Made by a program: the position numbers and the translations under genes. Below the pieces are notes generated by a model that was not told where the DNA came from, did no database searches, and saw nothing but the letters and a program-made list of their open reading frames with translations. From contig CM059433.1 in assembly GCA_030390025.1 (NCBI GenBank), forward strand, positions 31,002,001 through 31,066,000: a stretch of DNA of 64,000 nt. Reading direction: 5' to 3'. This stretch comes from Squalus acanthias. Its lineage: Eukaryota. This document shows positions 11,918 to 24,612 of this stretch, piece after piece; positions within the stretch are counted from its first letter, which is position 1, and every line of letters begins with the position of its first letter.

Positions 11918-12222
11918 ACAGAATCCCCACAGTGTAGATAGAGGCCATTTCGGCCCATCGAGCCTGCACCGACACATATCCCACCCTATCCCCGTAACCC
12001 CACGTATTTAATCCCCCTAACACTAAGGGTCAATTTATCATAGCCAAATCAACCTAACCCGCACATCTTTTGGACTGTGGGAGGAAACCGGAGCACCCGG
12101 AGGAAACCCACGCAGACACGGGGAGAATGTGCAAACTCCACACAGACAGTCACCCGAGGCCGGATTCGAACCCGGGTCCCTGGCGCTGTGAGGCAACAGT
12201 GCTAACCACTATGCCACCGTGT
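11918..12222 (-). mobile_element. HE1-like V-SINE (tRNA-derived, CR1/HER1-type tail)
   Basis: The minus strand starts ggtggcatagtggttagcactgttgcctcacagcgccagggacccgggttcgaatcc (A/B boxes) and has a V-domain-like core. tgatcac occurs on both flanks. Confidence 0.85.
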
Positions 12223-13740
12223 GATGATCACTTTCTGCCTAAAAGTCAGATGTTACTGTCAATAGTCCACTTTACACAATTATTTCCCAGTTTTCTGGTG
12301 TGGCAGCATTAATTATTAAAATTTATGGGGTTCGTAATAGATTTTCATCACTAGCAAAACACACATCAGGACTCCAACCCTGATCTCACCTGCTTTTGCA
12401 TCTCCCCCCTCTCCCGATCTATGTCTAGTTTTAGACTCAAGTAAAAAGAGGCCTTCCTATGTGGATGTGCTGGTTGCAATTCCCTTGGGGAGAATACGCG
12501 ACACGATTCCAGAATGGCTTCTTGTTTTCATTCATTTTTTAACTCGGCAGCAAGTGAAGCCAACACCGGAGGAGGACTTTTAATTGTTTCTGTGGTTCTG
12601 TTCCAAAAATATGTACATTAAATCACCTTGAAGGCATTTCAAGACTGGAGTGAAAAATCCTGTTTTAATAATCAATTGCAGGGAATTTCTTTTAAGTGCA
12701 GCTGATGTGACATTAGCGTTGGCCACGATTACATTTGGCTTAAGATGAATCTGAAGACCTTAGTTACGTTGTCAGGTTTTTTTTTGCATGCAGCTCATCG
12801 GTGCCTGGAGTGACTGTCTCAACGAAAAGGTCACGTTTATTCTTGGAATGTTACAGAGCTTTGACGAGAAGCGGCATGGGTTTCACTGAGGTAAGCTGAA
12901 TCTATGCACTTTATTAAAATTCAGGAAAAATAAAACATTCTTCCCTGTTCCCTCAGGTCTTCCCAGGTCATGATCAGTTTAACTCAACCCCATGCAATCA
13001 ACGCTACACAGAAAGACGTTCATTCTTGGTCTCCCTACATACATTTTGATACAGATTCTCTAAACACTCAAGCTGGGAGGCGACAGTCACAGTTACATAA
13101 AACACTGACAGATGACATTTGAGGTTGTCTACACTCTTACTAACTCCTACTGATACAAAGAGGACTTATGGCCATTTCTAAGTTTGATAAATCAGAATAA
13201 GAATTTCCCACCTAATAATACAATAGCTAAAAAGGTCAATGCTCCCTTCCCCAAGACCTAAAAAAAAAGGAGGCAATCTTAACTCTTAAATGTCAAAGAT
13301 GGTCCCTGTAGGCCATAAAAAAAAATTTCTCCTTGGCTTAGCATTTTAAAGGTGTTCTGATAGGAAATTGTTCTCTACAGAAACAGGACAAATACTGTGG
13401 CTGCTCGTATCAGATCACTTAAGCAGCTGCAAAAAGGTCAGTAATATTGTCCTGCTGATGAAACCCAAGCCTATTTCTGGCATTGCCACTTATCAAAATC
13501 AGCTCTTCTGTGGTCTCTGCCTTTACAAAAACAAATCACTTTGAACACAGAAAGACAGAAAGAGAACCATTTGTCAGGAAATCTGAAATAAACATTTTTT
13601 GAAAGGCAAATAGATCAGTTATTTGGTGTGCAATTCGTTGAAATTATTATTGGGGTCAAAGATCTGAGCCAGTTGTAACAAATAAGTTCTTAATGGATAA
13701 AACCAGAAAAGATGTGTTAAAATCTGTTTTGGTCTTTATT

Positions 13741-14508
13741 GGTCCGGATTTTCCGACCCCCACGGGTGTGTACGAGATGTGTACGCATCCATAGGGGCCG
13801 CGCAAGTGCCGGGTTTAGGCATGCGAAGCGCACGCGCTAAAACCCGGCACTTGCTATCTGTCAAGAATCCTCTTGACAGATCATCCACCTGCCCGGGAAA
13901 AGGGCCTCCGCGGGCAGGGAGTTCCGCTTTTTGCACAACCTCCGCCCGCTGAAAACCTTTAAAAATCTTACGCCTGGTAAAAGCATGCGTAAGGCCTGCT
14001 TTTACCAGCATAAGAGTTTAAAAAAATAAAAAATAAATTTTTTTCACTCATTTATAATTTAAAAATACTTTTAAAAAAGGTAAGTTTATTTTTAGCCCCG
14101 TAAACAACTTGAATTATTTTTTTCAAAAAATAAAATTTTTGTTTAACCTATTTAATTTAATGTAATTTTAACTAATTTTAAATATGTGATTTAAAAAATA
14201 TATTATTTAATGTTTAACTGTGTTTTTTAAGTGATCCCCACTCATACTTTTGACAAATCTATGCGTAGAGACCTGTCAAAAGTGTGAAGGGGGATTCCCT
14301 TCTTTGATTAGTTCGCCTGGCCCACGTGATCCCAGGGGTGCTTGCAATCTGCACGCGCCCCTGGAATACCTGGGCCTCTGTGCATTTCATAGAACAGAGG
14401 CCCAGGATCAGAAGTGTCGGGACCTACGGAGCCAGCAGATAAGTGCCTAGATTTTTTCCGATCGGAGGCATCCACACGCAGGAAGCCACCGATCGGAAAT
14501 TCAGGGCT
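13741..14508. mobile_element. Harbinger-type MITE
   Basis: Imperfect TIRs ggtccggattt / aaattcagggct, 3-bp TSD att/att, GC-rich arms and AT-rich core. Confidence 0.75.
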
Positions 14509-15164
14509 ATTATAATTATTATTGTAAAGGTGGAATTGAATAACATTTTCATTTTTTCCACAATGTTGTTGAGTTAATTTTGCATAATGCAAATTAGACA
14601 AGAAGACCTGCTGGAACCACAAAGGTTTACAGCATAGAAGGAGGTTGTTCGGCCAATCAAATCTTTCTATGATGACTAATGCATTAGCCACCTGTGTGAT
14701 ACATGCAGAACATTGACTGACACTGCAGGTAAGCCCTCTGCCAGCCTGGATGAAGGCACTGTCAATACGATATTGAGCACCATTAACCTTGACTACTGCT
14801 GGTAATGCCAACCCTATGGTGCAGGTGGTCCTTGCGGCGGATGGCACTGCTCTCCAACTGGCTGTCCGATGACACATGTCCGTGAAGACAGTTCCCCACG
14901 ATCATTGCCAGGTAGGTGTACCAAGACCTGCAGATATGGTTGGTGATACCATGGTGGGTGTGGCTCAGGTGCCTGCTGGTCACCAAAGTAAGAATGTAGA
15001 TATGTTTTTACATTGCTTTTAAATACAGAATGAAGACAGAACAGTAATTACGGTTAAACAACGTGAGTAGGTCAAAGTTAGTTTAAGCTGTGTGCTTGCA
15101 GATCCTATCTTTGATCACAATGACACTCCTGAGTAAAGTCATAGTTCAGGAAGAGCAAAGATAT

Positions 15165-15552
15165 GAAGCTGACATAGCATTGGAACAGGAAGAATGCTTT
15201 GGAAACAGTACGGTAACATTGGAAACAGGAAGATAATATTGTAAACAGGAAGATAACATTGGAGAAGGAAGATTACATTGGAACAGGAAGATAATATTGT
15301 AAACAGGAAGATAACATTGGAACAGGAAGATAATATTGTAAACAGGAAGATAACATTGGAGAAGGAAGATTACATTGGAACAGGAAGATTACTTTGGAAA
15401 TAGGAAGATACATTGGAAACAGAAGGATAACATTGGAAACAGGAGGATAACATTGGAAACAGGAAGATATAATTGGAAACAGGAGATAACATTGGAAACA
15501 GGAATATAACTTTGGAAACAGGAAGATAACATTGGTAACAGGAAGATAACAT
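15165..15552. repeat. Minisatellite, ~19-21 bp unit acattggaaacaggaagata(a)
   Basis: Many tandem units are directly visible. Two more units resume at 17775-17815. Confidence 0.95.
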
Positions 15553-17772
15553 AAAAAGAAATCCAAAGGTCTTCTATAGGCATATTAACAGTATGGGTTG
15601 TCAGAGGAGTGGTGGGGCCCATTAGGGACCAAAATGGAGATCTACTGTGGCGGCAGAAGGCATGGCTGAGGTACTAAATGAATACTTTGAATCAGTGCTT
15701 ACCAAGGAAGAGGAGTTGGCCAAAGCTACAGTTAATGAGGACGTTGTTGAGATACTGGATGAAAAAAAAATAGATAAAGAGGTGGTACTAGAAAGACTGG
15801 CAGTACTTTAAGTGGATAAGTCACCCGATCTGGATGGGATGCATCCTAGTTTGCTGAGGGAAGTAAGGGTAGAAATTGTGGAGGTGCTGGCCACAATCTT
15901 CCAATCCTCCTTAGATACAGGAGTGCTGCCAAAGGACTGGAGGATTGCAAATGTTACACCCTTGTTCAAAAAAGGGGAGAAGGATAAACCTGGCAATTAC
16001 AGGCCAGTCAGCTTAATATCGGTGGTGGGGAAGCTTTTAGAAACAATAATCCGGGAGAAAATTAACAGCCACTTGGGCAAGCATGGACTAATAATAGAGA
16101 GCCAGCACGGATTTGTTAAAGTCAAATCGTGTTTGACTAACCTGATTGCGTTTTTTGATGAGATAACAGAGAGGGTGAATGAGGACAGTACAGTTGATGT
16201 TTTGTATATGAACTTTCAAAAGGCATTTGATAGAGTACCACATAATAGGCTGTTAGCAAAATTGAAGCCCATGGGATAAAAGGGGCAGCATGGATACATA
16301 ATTGGCTAAGGGATAGAAAACAGAGAGTTGTGGTAAATGGCTGTTTTTCAGACTATACAGTGGTGTTCCCCAAAAACAAGAACGACTTGCATTTATATAG
16401 CGCCTTTCACGACCTCAGGACATCCCAAAGCACTTTACAGCCAATGAAGTACTTTTGAACTGAAGCCACTGTTGTAATGTAGGAAATGCGGCAGCCAATT
16501 TGCGCACAGCAAGCTCCCACAAACAGCAGTGTGATAATGACCAGATAATCTGCTTTTGTGGTGTTGATTGAAGGATAAATATTGGCCAGGACACTGGGGA
16601 GAACTCCCCTGCTCTTCTTCAAAATAGTGCCGTGGGATCTTTTACATCCACCTTAAAAACTAAACGGGGCCTTGGTTTAAAATCTCATCCGAAAGAGGAC
16701 ACCTCCCACAGTAGCACTCCCTCAATTCTGTACTGGAATGTCAGCCTAGATTGTTGTGCTCAAGACTCTGGAGTGGGACTTGAACTCACAACTCTGTGAC
16801 TCAGAAGCTAGAGTGCTATCAACTGAGTCACGGCTGACCCCAGTGTTCAGTACTAGGACCACTGCTGTTTTGATATACATTAATGACTTGGACTTGGGGG
16901 TACAGGGCACAAATATGAAATTTGCAGATAACACAAAACTTGCAAGTGTATAAACAGTGAGGAAGATAGTAATAGACTTCAAGAGGACATAGAAAGGCTG
17001 GTGGAATGGGCGGACACATGGCAGAAGAATGAGGAGAGACAATCCAAGCTAAATGGTACAATTTAAAGGGGTTGCAAGAACAGAGAGACCTGGGGGTGTT
17101 TGTGCACAAATCTTTGAAGGTTGCAGGGCAGGCTAACAAAGCAGTTAATAAAGCGTAAAAGGGTTCTGGACTTTATAAATAGAGGGATATAAAAGCCAGG
17201 ATGTTACACTAAACCTATATAAACACTAGTTCAGCCCCAGCTGGAGTATTGTGTCCAATTCTGGGCACCACACTTTAGGAAGGACCTGACGGCTTTGGAG
17301 AGGGTACAGAAGGGATTTTCTAGAATGGTTCCAGGGATGAGGGAATACAGTTACGTGGATAGACTGGAGAAGCTGGGGTTGTTCTCCTTGGAGCAGAGAA
17401 GGCTAAGAGGAGATTTGATAGAGGTGTTTAAAATCATGAAGGGTTTAGATAGAGTAAATAAAGAGAAACTGTTTCCAATGGCTGAAGGGTCGCTAACGAG
17501 AGGTCACAGAAATAAGGTGATTGGCAAAAGAACCAGAGGCGACATGAGGAAAAACCTTTTTACACAATGAGTGGTTTGGATTTGGAATGCACTGCCTGAT
17601 AGGGTGGTGGAAACAGTAACTTTCAAAAGGGAATTGGATAATTACTTGAAGGGGAAAAAATTGCAGGGATATGGGGAAAGTGGGACCAACTGGATTGCTA
17701 TTTGAAAAATCCAGCACAGACTCGATGGGCCGAATGGCCTCCTTCTGTGCTGCACTATTCTATGATTCTATG
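15553..17772 (+). mobile_element. CR1 LINE, 5'-truncated (decayed RT), interrupted by a SINE
   Basis: ORF 15812..16279 KSPDLDGMHP...WRIANVTPLFKKG...NYRPVSL...QHGF...FQKAFD, then YINDLD..KFAD and ORF 17295. Ends in an (ctatgatt)n tail. Confidence 0.92.
16372..16836 (-). mobile_element. tRNA-derived DeuSINE-like SINE (SacSINE1/AmnSINE1-like core), complete copy
   Basis: tRNA-like head (cagccgtgactcagttgatagcact...gagttcaagtcccactcc), Deu-like core and L2-like tail. It splits the CR1 PQ-S-LGP motif with cccca on both flanks. Confidence 0.85.
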
Positions 17773-17882
17773 AGCATTGGAAACAGGAAGATATCATTGG
17801 AAACAGAAAGATAACAATAACACTCAGCAAGAATTAGACAATGTGCTAGTTAAGCATAAGAATGCTTGTTTGCTAAAACAAT

Positions 17883-18646
17883 GGCCCAGAAATTCGGCCT
17901 AATACGGGAGAGTACGCACTGTGTACTCACCCATATTCGGTCCCGAAGTGCCGGTTTTCTGCATGCACTGCACATGCGCGGGAAACCGGCACTTCCGATA
18001 TTGCGAAGGGGGCGGTTCCTAAGTGAACCGCGTGCGCACTACAGGCTGTGCGCACGCAGCACACTTAGTTTTTTTTTCAGGTTTGAACGCGAAGGTAAGT
18101 GTTGAAGATTTTACACTTGAAAAAAGCAGGCGTAAGACCCCCTTTTAACAAGGTAAGTAGTTAATTAAGTATTATTTTAAATTTTTTTCAACAGGTTTAT
18201 CTTTTTTGGAGACTTTAAAGAAAGGTAAGTTTATTTTTATAACTTTTAAAAAGAACTTAAATTTTTTCAAAAATTTTAATTTTTGTTTAAAGTGGTTAAT
18301 TTATTTAACTATAGTTATTTTATTAATGTGATGGCTTTTTAAAAATTTAATTGAGGTATAGCTGTTCTTTTGGGGGCAATTTGTATTCATAGCTTTGACA
18401 GCTCTTCCTGTCAAAACTATGAATGAAAGATGGTGTGCAGCCATTGGCTCTAACTGGCTCACGTGATCCCAGAGGTCGCATCGAACTAACTGCGCCTCTG
18501 GGACACGCACACACTGCACGCCGGCACCAGGGAGAGGCCCAGGAACTGAAGTTCGTGTGGGCCAAAACCATAAAGGCAGGCGCGGAGTGCGATATCGCGG
18601 GGGATCCTTACCCCCGCGGCAACCATCGAAGTCCAATTTCTGGGCC
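17883..18646. mobile_element. Harbinger-type MITE
   Basis: TIR ggcccagaaatt / aatttctgggcc, flanks aat/att. An inverted relative lies at 46468-47204. Confidence 0.85.
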
Positions 18647-18849
18647 ATTATGAATGAAGGATACAAAGCAAAACTCAGTTAGAAACTTTTGCTACCTTCA
18701 AGGAGAGGTACCATATATAGGCTCAACAGGCAATGGCTCATGATTCCCGGGGAGTTCTTTACACGTAAGTTTTCTAAGCATAGGACAGGCATGTACTGCA
18801 CTGTATATAGTCTAAAGATGAATGTTACGAAACAATAATAAATTTAAGA

Positions 18850-19060
18850 AAGAAAGACTTGCATTCACATAGCACCTTTCACAACATCCCAAAGTGCTTC
18901 AGAGCCAATTAATCTTTTGTAATATAGGAAAGGCGGCAGCCAATTTGCCCAGGACACCAGGGAGAGCTTTCCCTGCTCTTCTTCGAAATAGTGCCATGGG
19001 ATTTTTGCACCCACCTGAGGGCGGATGGGGTCTCGGCTTAATGTTTCATCTGAAAGACGG
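18850..19060 (-). mobile_element. DeuSINE-like SINE, 3' half (5' half at 31395-31540), split by the Gypsy element
   Basis: ...catctgaaagacgg|Gypsy|gatggcacctccgacagtgcagcactccctcag rejoins to match the intact SINE copies. Confidence 0.85.
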
Positions 19061-19209
19061 TGTAATGTATTATTACATGGTTTATCACATGGCTTGTCAC
19101 ATGGTTTAGTATGAGCATGCTCAGTTCGCTCTGGCCTAGTAAAACAAGCACCTTGACTAGCAACTCATCGTGTCTCCGTCCTTCATTTGCTCTACCCACA
19201 TATATTACA
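19061..19209 (+). repeat. Gypsy 5' LTR (149 bp)
   Basis: TGTAAT...ATTACA; matches 31265-31394. Confidence 0.93.
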
Positions 19210-19213
19210 TTTT

Positions 19214-19231
19214 TGGCGACGAGGATGGGAT
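19214..19231 (+). promoter_or_regulatory. Primer-binding site complementary to the tRNA-Ser(GCT) 3' end
   Basis: TGGCGACGAGGATGGGAT is the reverse complement of the recalled vertebrate tRNA-Ser(GCT) end ATCCCATCCTCGTCGCCA. Confidence 0.85.
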
Positions 19232-19984
19232 CCCAAAGTCATTTTTAGGGATCATGGAAGGACACAGTGTTCAACCTTCGCGTGGACAAGTTTAAGGTGA
19301 ATTTGTGACACCTAAACTGAATTTTTGCGATGTTTTACTGTTAACGCTGATGCAGAATTGTCTGTGCTTCGCCTTCACGTGTATGTATACACAGCAACAG
19401 CGGCATTGATTCTCACAGGTACACAGGCAGCGTGCTGAGGCACTGTTCAATGGGATCGGGACAATCATGGCCATGCTTATGGGGTTCATCAGAAGTCTCG
19501 GCATGTTTGACCGAGCTCGTGAACCATTCAGTTCTTACATTGAGCGGATGGAGATGTCTTTTAAGGCCAATAACATTATTGAGACAGAAGGTGCAGATGA
19601 GATTGTTCAAGCTCAAAAGAAAGTAATTCGTGAAGGGAAGAAAGCAATTTTTCTAACGCAGATTGGGCCAGATTTCTACGGAACGTTGACAACCCTACTT
19701 GCGCCAGGGAAAGTGAAGGATGCATCGTTTGAAGAAATTGTCGAGAAACTCGAGGACCATTTCGACCCAAAGCCATTAGAAATAGCAGAGCTTAGTACCA
19801 GAAACCAAAAACAAAGTGAAACCATCAGTGAGTACATTTTTGGATTGTGCATTGCGAGTTTGTGTGTGGATTGGTGGATGAGTGCACACAGACCAAGGCC
19901 GCGATTTCCCCTACCTCGGCGGGTCTGTGACGGGCAACGTCGATGGCGGGTCCCAACCCTGCTGCTGGCTCCAGCCCGCTGTGT

Positions 19985-22900
19985 TTTTTAAAAATTCATT
20001 CATGGAATGTGGGCATCGCTGGCAAGGCCAGCATTTATTGCCCATCCCTAGTTGCCCTTGAGAAGGTGGTGGTGAGCCGCCTTCTTGAACCGCTGCAGTC
20101 TGTGTGGTGAAGGTACTCCCACAGTGCTGTTAGGAAGGGTTTTCCAGGATTTTGACCCAGCGACGATGAAGGAACGGCGATATACTTTCAAGTCAGAATG
20201 GTGTGTGACTTGGAAGGGAACTTGGAGATGGTGATGTTCCCATGCACCTGCTGCCCTTCTACTAGAGACACAGAGACACAGAGGGGTAAAAATTCAGTTG
20301 GTTGCGCCTCCCGTTAGCACCTTAAGAGGGCGCTAATGGGGCGCAAAGCCGCTAACGCCCGGGCACAGCGATGTTTGCGCCGCTCGGGAACTTAACTAGA
20401 CATTGTGCGGCGGCGCTAAACTTTACCGCTGCGACCACCTGCGCGCGCAGATTGTGACGTCATTCCATGGTGCAACGCCCTTGTGGCGCCCCGGAGCGGA
20501 AATTGAGTGGCGCCCCCTGCCTTACCGCCTGACGCTAGCAACGACAGGTTGAGGGGAGCGTTCTGCAGTCATGAAGGGAAAGGGGGAGCGCTATTTAAAG
20601 GTGACCGCTTCCTGCCTTTTATTGTTGGTGCCATTTTTGAACTACGCATTCTGAGAGAGAGAGGGAGAGACTTCTGGAGAGATTCAACGTTGTGTGAAGG
20701 AGTTTTGGGTACTGAGCAGCACTTTGCAGGTTCATTTTGATTTGCCATTCCTTGTATCGATTTAGCAGAGACTGTGGGAGCTGCACTCTGAGCTCTTTGC
20801 CTGGTACTCTCCATTGTTCTTTCCAGCACATTTGATGTGCAAGTCTCTGCAGGCCGAGATTCAAGGCTGCAATGAACAGGATGTGGATGGAAAGCAAGAT
20901 TAACCATCCCCTTTAAGAACTGGCCCGTGCCATTGTGTGTGTGTCCACAGCGCCTGGTCTGCACTCAAGGCCTCCATAATCAGCACCTGTGAAGAGACGC
21001 TCGGTCACTCGACCAGGAAACACCAAGACTGCTTCAACGAGAACGACCAGGAGATCCAGGAGCTAATAAGCCGCAAGCACAAGGCATTCCTGATCTGGAA
21101 ACAGCAACACAACTCGAAAGCAAGAAAGCAGCTCTACAGACACCTGAAGGCCGAGGTCCAACAAAAAACTCATGACCTAAAGAACAGATGGTGGGTGGAG
21201 AAAGCGCAGGAGATCCAGCAGCTAGCCGACAACCATGACATGCGTGGATTCTTTAGCGCAGTCAAGACCATCTACGGCCCAAGCACCCAAGGTCCTACCC
21301 CACTGCGGGCCAAGATCAGAGAGGTACTCATCAAGGACAGAGAGGCAGTCAGTGCCCGCTGGAAGGAGCACTTTGAAGATCTCCTTAACTGAGACTCTGT
21401 CTTCGACGCGAGTGTCCTCATCTCCATCCCGCAGCATGCTACCCACCACCACTTCAGCACAACCTCAGCCCGGCATGAGATTGAAAAGGCCATCCGACAA
21501 CTGAAGAACAACAAGGCCTCAGGAGCAGATGGAATCCCCGCTGAGGTGCTAAAACATGGCAGAGAAGCACTATTGGCGCGAATACATGAACTCATTTCTC
21601 TTATTTGGAAGGAGGAGAGCATGCCAGGGGATCTCAGAGATGCCATAATCGCGACCATCTTCAAGAAAGGTGACAAGTCCGATTACAATAATTACAGAGG
21701 AGTCTCCCTGCTGTCTGCCACAGGGAAAATCATCGCAAGAATCCTCCTCAATCGCCTTCTCCCAGTGGCTGAAGAACTCTTCCCAGAGTCGCAATGTGGA
21801 TTCCGCCCACTAAGGGGCACAATAGACATGATCTTCACCGCGCGTCAACTACAAGAGAAATGCAGGGAACAGCACCAACCGCTGTACATGGCCTTCTTTG
21901 ACCTCACAAAGTCATTCGACACTGTCAACCATGAGGGATTATGGAGTGTCCTCCTCAAATTCGGCTGCCCTCAAAAGTTTGTCACCATCCTCCGCCTGCT
22001 TCACGACGACATGCAAGCCATGATCCTGACCAACGGCTCCACCACAGACCCAATTCACGTACGGATCGGGGTCAAGCAAGGATGTGTCATCGCAGCAACG
22101 CTCGTCTCGGTCTTCCTGGCTGCAATGCTCCATCTCACCCTCAATAAGCTCCCCGCTGGAGTGGAGCTAATCTACAGAACAAATGGAAAACTGTTCAACC
22201 TCCATCACCTCCATTCCAGATCTAAGGACGTCCCATCTCTGTCATTGAATTACAGTATGCAGACGACGCTTGCATCTGCGCACACTCTGAGGTCGAACTC
22301 CAAACCATCGTCAACACCTTCACCGAAGCATACGAGAGCATGGGCCTTACACTAAGCATCCGTAAGACAAAGGTCCTCTACCAACCTGCCCCCGCCACAC
22401 TGTACTGCTCCCCGATTATCAAAATCCATGACGAGGCCTTGGACAACGTGGACCACTTTCCATACCTCGGGAGCCTACTGTCAACAAGGGCAGACGTCGA
22501 TGACGAAGTCCAACACCGCCTTCAGTGTGCCGGTGCAGCCTTCAGTCACCTAAGGAAGAGAGTGTTTGAAAACCAGGACCTCAAACCCAGCACCAAGCTC
22601 ATGGTCTACAGAGCAGTAGTGATACCCGCCCTCCTGTAAGCTTCAGAGACATGGACCATGTACAGCAGGCACCTCAAAGCACTGGAGAGCACCACCAGTG
22701 CTGCCTCGGCAAGATCCTGCAAATCCATTGGCAGGATAGGCGCACCAACGTCAGTGTTCTCGCTCAGGCCAACATCCCCAGGATCGAAGCTTTGACCACG
22801 CTTGATCAGCTCCGATGGACGGGCCACATCGTCCGCATGTCTGATACGAGAATCCCAAAACAAGCGCTCTACTCGGAGCACCAACACGGAAGAGAGCACC

Positions 22901-24612
22901 AGGTGGGCAGAAGAAACGCTTCAAGGTAACCCTCAAAACCTCCTTGAAAAAGTGCAACATCCCCACTGACACCTGGGAATCCCTGGCCCAAGACCGCACA
23001 AAGCGAGGAGAAGCATCCGGGAAGGCGCCAAACACCTTGAGTCTCTTCGCCGGGAGCAAGCAGAAGCCAAGTGCAAACAGCGGAAGAAGCGCACATCAAC
23101 CCAAGCACCCCACCCACCCGCCGTCTGCCCCACCTGTGACAGAGACTGTAGGTCCCGCATTGGACTCATCAGTCACCTGAGAACTCATTTTTAGTGTAGA
23201 AGCAAGACATCCTCGGTTCTGAGGGACTGCCTAAGAGAGGTGTTAGAGGTCGCAGGTTTGGGAGGTGCTACCAAAGAAACCTTGGTGAGTTGTTGCAGTG
23301 CATCTTGTAGATGGTACACACTGCAGCAACGGTACACCAATGGTGGAGGGAGTGAATCTTTAAGTTGGTCGATGGGGTGCCAAGCAAGTGGGCTGCTTTG
23401 TCCTGGATGGTGTCGAGCTTCTTGAATGTTGTTGGAGCTGCACTCATCCAGGCAAGTGGAGAATATTCCATCACACTCCTTACTTGTGCCTTGTAGATGG
23501 TGGAAAGGCTTTGGGGAGTCAGGAGGTGAGACAGTCGCTGCTGAATACCTAGCCTCTGACCTGCTCTTGTTGCCACACTATTTATGTGGCTGGTCCAGTT
23601 AAGTTTCTGGTCAATGGTGACCCCCAGGATTTTGATGGTGGGAGATTCTGCGATGCTAATGCCGTTGAATGTCAAGGGGCGGTGGTTAGACTCTCGCTTG
23701 TTGGAGATAGTCATTGCCTAGCACTTGTGTGGCACGAATGTTACCTGCCACTTATCAGCCCAAGCCTGAATGTTGTCCAGGTCTTGTTGCATGCGGGCAT
23801 AGACTGCTTCATTATCTGAAGAGTTGCGAATGGCGCTGAACACTGTGCAGTCATCAGCGAACATCCCCATTTCTGACCTTGTGTTGGAGGGAAGGTCATT
23901 GATGAAGCAGCTGAAGATGGTTGGGCCTAGGACACTGCCCTGAGGAACTCCTGCAGCGATGTCCTGGGGCTGAGATGATTGACCTCCAACCACCACAACC
24001 ATCTTCCTTAGTGCTAGGTATGACTCCAGCCAGTGGAGAGTTTTCCTCCTGTTTCCCATTGACTTCAGTTTTACTAGGGCTCCTTGATACCACACTCGGT
24101 CAAATGCTGACTTGATGTCAAGGGCAGTCATTCTCACCTCACCTCTGGAATTCAGCTCCTTTGTCCATGTCAAGTAGTTTTTTCCCTCATGTTGGGTCTC
24201 TCACCACCTGTCGCAGGCCCAGACTGACAGCTATGTCCTTCAGGACTTGGCCAGCTCGGTCAGTAGTGGTGCTACCGAGCCACTCTTGGTGATGGACATT
24301 GAAGTCCCCCACCCAGAGTACATTCTATGTGCTTGCTACTCTCAGTGCTTCTTCCAAGTGATGTTCAACATGGAGGAGTACTGATTCATCAGCTGAGAGA
24401 GGGCGCTAGGTGGTAATCAGCAGGATGTTTCCTTGCCCATACTTGACCTGAAGCCATGAGACTTCATGGGGTCCGAAGTCAATGTTGAGGACTCCCAGGG
24501 CCACTCCTTCCCAAATGTATACCACTGTGCCACCACCCCTGGTGGGTCTGTCGTGCCGGTGGGACAGGACATACCCAGGGATGGTGATGGAGGAGTTTGG
24601 GACATTGGCTGA
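19985..24612 (-). mobile_element. CR1-group LINE (distinct family), internally deleted, split at ~20260/23238
   Basis: ORF 23718..24173 ALDIKSAFDRVW...PQGSVLGP...FADD, ORF 23268..23714, endonuclease remnant at 24180-24612 and 3' end at 19985. Collinear with the uninterrupted copy at 39010-39880. Confidence 0.88.
20930..23237 (+). mobile_element. RTE-clade LINE, 5'-truncated
   Basis: ORF 21546..22355 FKKGDKSD.NNYRGVSLL...PESQCGFRP.RGTIDMIF.ARQLQEKCREQ...GVKQGCV, plus a C-terminal CPTC...GLISHLRTH finger. Confidence 0.92.

Noticed and set aside
15165..15552. CRISPR-like array, or ORFs 15273..15622
   Set aside because: Tandem units have no unique spacers and the context is eukaryotic. The ORFs are translations of the minisatellite.
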